Shown: positions 38,101-46,112 of the stretch, piece after piece
Numbering within the stretch: the stretch's first letter is position 1
Layout: every line of letters starts with the position of its first letter
DNA from: Octopus sinensis
Lineage: Eukaryota
DNA: 64,000 bases
Direction of reading: 5' to 3'
Assembly (NCBI RefSeq): GCF_006345805.1
Contig: NC_043004.1
Coordinates: 77,686,001-77,750,000, forward strand
The notes under the pieces: model-generated
The model's input: only the letters and a program-made list of their open reading frames with translations
What the model was told of the DNA's origin: nothing
The model's database searches: none
Translations under genes and position numbers: made by a program

Positions 38101-41100
38101 CTCTGGCAGGTACCGCAAATGTAGCGAAGACTGTTCCTGGCTGGTTGTAGTGCCAGTCTCTTGTTTACGTCTCTTCCTTTCTTTCCATTTCTCCTCTCTC
38201 TCTCTGTCACTCTTTTGTATTCCCTCTTTTACGGTACATCGCCAATCTCCACGGTTGCTGGCAATTGCTTCCCAATTGCTAATATTGATGTTGCAGGCCT
38301 TCATATCCCTTTTGCAAACATCCTTGTAACGTAAGATCGGTCTACCCACAGACCTAGTACCCCTAGCAAGCTCTCCGTAGAGTATGTCCTTGGGGATTCT
38401 GCCATCTTTCATACGGCTAACATGCCCAAGCCATCTCATACGTCTTTGTGTGAGGAGTGCAAACATGCTTGGTATTCCTGCTTGCCTGAGGACATCTTTG
38501 TTGGGGATATGATTCTGCCATTTGATGCGGAGGATTTTTCGGAGGCAGCGCAGGTGAAAGATGTTTAGGCGACGCTCTTGGCGTGTGTATAGCGTCCAGG
38601 TCTCGCTTCCATACAGTAGAGTGCTGAGTGCACATGCCTGGTAGATCTTCATTTTCGTGGTCTTGGTCAGCTTATTGTTGTCCCAAGCCCGTTTGGAGAG
38701 TTGGGCCATCGCAGCAGCTGCCTTGCCAATGCGTATATTGAGCTCAGTGTCAAGGGATAGGTTGTAGGTGATGGTAGAGCCCAGATAGGTAAACTTCTCC
38801 ACCTCTTGTAATCTGTGGTCTCCAATATGTATGTTTGGGATGTCCGATGTAGCCTGGCCCATGATGTTGGTCTTCTTAAGGCTGATAGCTAAGCCAAAGT
38901 CGTTACATGCTTGCTCAAAACAGTTAATGAGCCTTTGGAGGGCTTCTTCTGTGTGTGTTACCAGAGCGGCATCATCAGCAAATAACATCTTTTTGATCAG
39001 GACGTTTCTGATTTTGGTCTTGGCACGCAGGCGTGAGAGATTGAATAGTTTCCCGTCACTTCTACTGTGCAGAAACACTCCATCATCTGATGTCTGAAAG
39101 GCATGTGAAAGTAAGAGCGAGAAGAAGATGCCAAACAATGTATTAACCTAACTTTGGTTAATACAATAATAGTAGTAATATAGCCAGTAACATAAGAACT
39201 GATTGAAAACTTAAGAGAATACCATATTTATTTGTAATATGCACTCGTGTATACAACACACCAATAATAATGGACAATAAAATATTGGGAAATGAAACAG
39301 TTTAGTTTTAGAGCAATGTTTCCCCTAATTTACTGCTGTAGGTTTGTGCCAAAATTTGTACACAATGCTAATTTCTGCACATCTATGTGCGTAAAAACCA
39401 CTCAAATCTTTTAATTTAAAAACGTTCAATTTCACCTTACCTTGTGTATATTTTCCTCCTTTCCCAGCTATAAAATGTGAGCATTCACATAAGCACACAG
39501 CTTAGAGAGAACACTGTTCTAGACTACAATACATACTGACTTTCTATAGTATTTCAATGTATAGAAAAAGGAATGTTTAGTCAGATTTATTATAATTACT
39601 GTATAAAATACTTTGGAAAAATTCATACTTCTTAAATGGGAGAAAATGTTAATTCCAAAGTGACCTTTGCACTTTACAGTTTTAGGCCTTAAAAGTGTAA
39701 CATTTGTAAAGTCAATACAGTGGAAATCACACAATCATGTTTTTTTTTAATCAATTTGATTTTGATAGGTGAGTGCTTAAATACGTTTTTACTCAATTTT
39801 ACTATTCAGTTTTTTTCAGTGAAGCACACACTATAATGTCACAGGAGGACAAAGCATTTATAGTTTAAGGATGGATTTTTAAAAAATACATCTAACTTTT
39901 TTTGTATTATGCATTATTTTACTTAAATGGTCTCTTATAAAGCAAACATTCAAAGTCTTCATTTTTTGTTTTTAAATTTAAAGTAATGGGAATCTTAAAA
40001 TGAAACAGCAGTTTCAATTTTCAGATAATAAAAAAAAAACATTTAAAATCATTCCATTTTCATGAGAAACAAATTGTTGACATTGTATAAATTTTTATCA
40101 AAATGAAAATCATAAAAGAGTGTTTCACTGCAACAATACCAACTTTATTTTCTCAATATTATTATTAATTATTACAAGCAAGCTTTTGCTATATTTTGAG
40201 GATATTAGATCAATACAATCCAATGTGGGTATATTTTTCAGATACAATAAATATATATTACAACATTATATACTGCACCATTAGATAGATTGCACCACTT
40301 TTGTGTTTACGGCTTAGCCCTGCAAACATAGATATTGCAATGAGTTTCTATGATCTATACTCAGAACAGACAAACAAACCAGGGTTTTTAAATCAGAACT
40401 CCCAACTGACTGGCAATATATGCAGCATCAATAGAAAACTGCCTATATTTTTTTTTTGTACATGTAAAAGCATATGACAGAATAGTTGGGTTATATGGAA
40501 ATCTTTGCTCAATGACCTACGCACTATATGCACAGCTATAAGAGACTTTATGCATCAAGAACTCTGCAATTACGTTTGAATTATGAATTACACACTCTAA
40601 AGTAGATATCTCCTCTACCTATCCACTAACTCAAATATATCAGTGGCCACCACTCAACCATATCTTATTTCTACAGTTGTCACCTACTCTTCCCTACATT
40701 CACTACTTATCCCTCAACATTTGTTATCTGCTATATTCACCCTCTCACCCTTTCTCTATCTCTCATTCATGTAATCCCTACCCACCCACACTTCCTGTTC
40801 TTCTGTCCCCACTCACTTCTGCTCACCTTATATCTTGAAAGTCCACCCTGACACTTCACCACCACTATTTATAAAATCTTTCTAGCTCCAACCTAACCAC
40901 ACCAACCCTCTCTCTTGGTTTCTTGTGGTAGAACTACAAGAAACCAGTTCTGTTCTGGCTCCTTTCACACGTTGAACCCTAATTCAATAGCATAAAGCCA
41001 TCTCCATCTTTATTGTAGCCCCACCCAAAGGGAATCTTAGTCTTGCAGACTACATGGCAACCTCACTAGTGCTGGTGCCATGAAATAAAGGACCCAGAAG

Positions 41101-44100
41101 CTGTAAATTGGTTGGCATTAAGAAGGGCCAGAACAGACATCAGAGCACAATGTAATCTTTAGAATCATCAGTTCCTGTCAAACTATCCAAACTGTGTCAG
41201 TATGGAGCATACGTACATACATACATATACTGTTGCATTTCACTGCTTACTGTTCAACTTTTGTGCTAGCAATCTATCATGAAACATTGTCAATTTCAGC
41301 CAAGTCCAAACTATTTTCCTGTGTTAATATGTCTTAAAATTCAACTCTCTTGCATTTTCTCTCTCTTTCTCACACCAAACAGCAAATATCATGCAGTTTG
41401 CAAATGTATAAACTAATTATATTTATTATGACTTCATAATAATGGTTTAAATGTTCTCTTACAAACCAGAGATGAATCTAACATCACAGAATATTTAATA
41501 AAGCTGAAGGAAAGTATTATTGTATTTAAATGGACATTAAATGATGATGATGAAAGATGATAATACTTTCTATTGGCTTTATTAAATATTCTGCAATTCA
41601 TAAGAAAATATTAAAATCATTATTATAAAGTTGTAATAGAAATAATAATCCTTTCTACTAAAGGCATGAAGCCTGAAATTCTGGGGAGGGGTTTAGTTGA
41701 TAACATTGAAACTCCCACCCTCACCATCATGCTTAACTGATACACCAGCAGTTTTTGAGGGGAGGAGGAAGTCAATTACATCAACCCTAGTATCTGACTG
41801 GTATTTATTTTATTGACTCCAAAAAGATGAAAGGCAAGGTTGACCTTAATGGAATTTGAACTCAGAATGTCCAGATGAACAAACTGCTGCTAAGCATTTT
41901 GTCTGGAATGTTAACAATTTTGACAGCTCACCACCTTAAAGAGAAAACTCACATCATTCATGACAATTAAATATCCTATCTGCTGTAAATCATACACCAA
42001 GGTAATATCACAATAATCATCATCATCATCATCGTTTAACGTCTGTTTTCCATGCTAGCATGGGTTGGACGGTTCGACCAGGCTCCAGTCTGATCTGGCA
42101 GTGTTTCTACAGCTGAATGCCCTTCCTAACGCCAACCACTCCGTGAGTGTAGTGGGTGCTTTTACATGCCCGGAGAGGCTGGCAACGGCTACGATCGGTT
42201 GGTGGTTTTTACGTGCCACCTACACGGAAGCCAGTCAAGGCGGCGCTGGCATCGGCCACGTACGGATGGTGCTTTTTACATGCCACCTGCACAGGTGCCA
42301 GGGTAGGCTGGCAACAGCCACGAACAGTTGGTGCTTTTTAATAATAATTTTATTTCATTAGAGCACTTTTTCCAGTCATTAGAAATTTCAGGTAGAGAAT
42401 ACAGCATATGTGTCTGCACTTTTCACCCACTTTCCCAACACCTACCCAACTCTTACCACCATCTTTAATGAAGATATACAATTTGTTCCCCTAGCAACTC
42501 ATGATCTTTTCCTCTACATATGATGTATGGGTCTACTTGTTTCTGCCATCCCACACTTATGTGCACATGGATGTATGTATGTGCATGTATTATATTACAT
42601 ATATAGATATGAAACATATTTGTGGGGGGAGTTATACAGACATTCTTGGTCATTGTTTGCTGTGCATCTTCTCTCCTAACAAACCAGAAACCCCTCCTCC
42701 AACTCCCTCATTTTCCCCATTCTTCTTCTCTTCCTTTCCCTTCTTCTTGCAGGCATTTGCAAGAGCCTTCTGCCAGCTTGAAAGTGTTCACACAAATCTT
42801 CCTTTAAATTGCTGACAGTAGTTCCCCAACTACCCTTCCACTCTTCCTGCCAACTCCACAACTTTAGAGCTGCTACAATCCATTTTGGCCTGTAGACATG
42901 TGCTGTGTGCAAGAGGTAAGATGGCAGAGGACCTCCACAAGACTCCGCACAGACAAAGAACAAAGGCACAAATTCTACTAGGTAGACAGTAGTGATGGAG
43001 TGGACAGCCTAGGCATACTTTTGGCTGAGAAATGAGTAGATAAATTAATTGAGGCAGTCAGAATGTGATAGAATAACTGAAATGATACTAGTTTTGGATA
43101 AACAACAATTTCTGCCTAAGTTGACAGACAAACAGGACAATTTCATGAGCTCATTTTGCAGATTACCTCAATGACAAATGACAATGAACTTATTATCATG
43201 GCTGGTGACTTCAATGGAGATCCAGCAGCATTCCAAAGGATTCCAGGGTATACATAGAGGTTACAGCTTTGGTTCTAGAAATGAGGAAGGAACAAAGCTG
43301 ATGGAGTTCTGTAATGCAACTGACTTGATGATCAGTAACACTAACTTCACAAAATCTGACAGCTACCTGGATCACCAATCAATCTGTTTGGCACACAAGA
43401 CTGACTACATTCTCAACTGAAAACAGGATAGACAGATTTTGTGAATGCAAAAACTTCCCCTGGTGAAGAATGTACTACCCAACATTAGTTGGTAACTTCA
43501 GACTTACAGCTACAAGGACCCAGAGACATAGACCAATCTGGAAAAGGTAGATATGAAAACCTAGAGATTCAGCAAACAATCAAAAATTTAGAGAGGCTTT
43601 AGTTAAAGGTTTGACAAGAAAGACAGAGATGTATAACAAACTTCTTAGAGAACAACCTACTGAGGTGGAACAGTGAGGTTGAAAGAGGTATAAAATGAAA
43701 AGACAAGCTTGGAAGGACTGGAAAAAGAGAGGCTGTAGGAAATTGTACCAGAAGCTAGTTGTCAGATCTACATAGTAAAAGGAAGAAGTAGGAAAGGGAT
43801 TTGCTAACAATGTGAGGATGAAAGGCATGAGGAATTCCAGACTGTAAGACAGTGCATCAGAGAAAATTAAGAGGCTCTATGTGAGAAGAGTTCAAAAAAG
43901 CATGTCAGGATTTCTGATTGCAAAAGGACATTTCAGACTGCTACCTTACACTGTGGAACAAAGTAAAGATGTATGTCACTGCCTTCCCAACATCATATTT
44001 TGTAGATCAGGGCTTCAATGCAGCTGCCCAGATTCTTTCTCAAACAAACAAAACAGGCTGAAAATTATTGAAAGCTAGGATCTAAAACTACTTCTTAGAA

Positions 44101-44990
44101 CCTTTCAGCCAGATGCACAATGTACATCCATTGCATTGAAAATATGAAAACAACATAGTTACAAGTGAAATGCTAATTTACTCTTTCATGTTGTATAAAC
44201 AAATAATGGGCTTAATAAGGTTAAGTTATATTTGTGAAATACAGTTGTCTTGAAATTGCTACAGAAAGAGGTCTATGTTGGCAGCAGGACACACACACAC
44301 ACACACACACACTAGAAATGTGACTTGTGTACCAAGGAGTCAATACTCCAAAAAAGTTTAGGGACCACTGATTTATATAATTATGAAATTTGCATACATA
44401 ACTAATATAAAAGTGTGTGTTATCAACATCATCAGGAGAAAAGAATGAAAAACAATTTTTTAAAATTCTTTTCTCCTGATGATATAGGTAACACATTACT
44501 TTTAATTAACTAATTATATATGTTAATAATGCAATTATATAAATGATGTTTTCTACTGAAACAGCTACTGAACATAAACAATGAATTATTTGTAAAAGCT
44601 ATGCGTTTCTGCTTTTCGTTCTAAATAGGTTGCTCTCAAATATTGTGTTAGGCAATCCTCTGTGTGTGTGTGTGCGTATATACTAGCAGTATAGCCTGGC
44701 TTTGCTCAGGATTAAGTTAGGATTATTAAACTAATCAAGCTCTTTATTTCAAAGCAAACTAAGTAACATCGACATCAAATTTGAGTGAAATCCGTTGAAA
44801 TTGGTAAACTTTTGGCTGCAATTTTGCAGACAATTTGATTGGGAAATCCCATAAGGAACCGGTTTATCGATTTTTTCCACACATGGATTGTTTTTTTTTT
44901 TTTCATAACCCTTCCAGCAAGGAAAATAGAATGCCCAAAAGGGCCTCCGATCCTCTGTGTGAGAAGTGGTTGTGTTCAGATCACGACTAA

Positions 44991-45024
<34 letters not shown>

Positions 45025-46051
45025 CAAAAAATCAAAACAAATCAAAATAGATGAACATCAATGGAATTTGTATCTCTGTGGTACCAGTGCCGGTGGCACG
45101 TGGCACATAAGAAAACCATCCGAACGTGGCCGTAGCCAGTACTGCATCGACTGGCCTCCGTGCTGTGGGCACGTAACAAGCACCATCCGATCGTGGCCGT
45201 TTGCCAGCCTCATCTGGCACCTGTGTCGGTGGCACATAAAAACACCATCCGAGCGTGGCCGTCTGCCAGCCTCGTCTGGCACCTGTGTCGGTGGCACATA
45301 AAAACACCATCCGAGCGTGGCCGTCTGCCAGCCTCGTCTGGCACCTGTGTCGGTGGCACATAAAAAACACCATCCGAGCGTGGCCGTTTGCCAGCCTCGT
45401 CTGGCACCTGTGTCGGTGGCACATAAAATCACCCACTACACTCTCGGAGTGGTTGGCGTTAGGAAGGGCATCCAGCTGTAGAAACACTGCCAGATCTGAC
45501 TGGACTGGTGCAGCTTTCGGGCTCCCCAGACCCCAGTTGAACCGTCCAACCCATGCTAGCATGGAAAGCGGACGTTAAATGATGATGATGATGATGATGA
45601 TGATATATATATATATATGGGCATCACACACACACACACAAACATATATGTACATACACCTATTGCATACATGTTTTTGCACGCCTCTGCCCCTGCCACT
45701 GTCCCACCACCACCTCCTACTCGAGTAATACCATCAGTTGAAGCAAATTTGGCACCCGGAAATAAGTTTTGTAACAGGAATAGAGAAGCCTGCCTTCTCC
45801 CGCAGAGATGTGAAAGTCATATCTCTCCTTTTGAAAACATGAACAGTTTCGAAACATTGTTTACAAAATAATAGCTGATCGTTTGCAAAGAAGAGTGTCT
45901 ACAGTCAACACGTAGGTCTTTTGCTCTGGTAACCTCTGCTCTCTCCCATGTTCACGCACGACCAGCTATATATCGCTATGAGTAGAGCAACAGATTCAGC
46001 TAATTTGGAAATTAGTTTTGGAGAAACGGAGAATATCGTTTATATTGTGTG

Positions 46052-46112
<61 letters not shown>

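Noticed and set aside
45102-45430. CRISPR-like periodic array
   Set aside because: Units are head-to-tail with no unique spacers, lie inside a eukaryotic retroposon, and no cas genes are present.
45032-45562. 176-aa and overlapping ORFs with ATDTGARRGWQ repeats
   Set aside because: By-product of the stop-poor 62-bp tandem unit. The recurring FLQLDALPNANHS ORFs across the window are likewise antisense translations of the repeat core.
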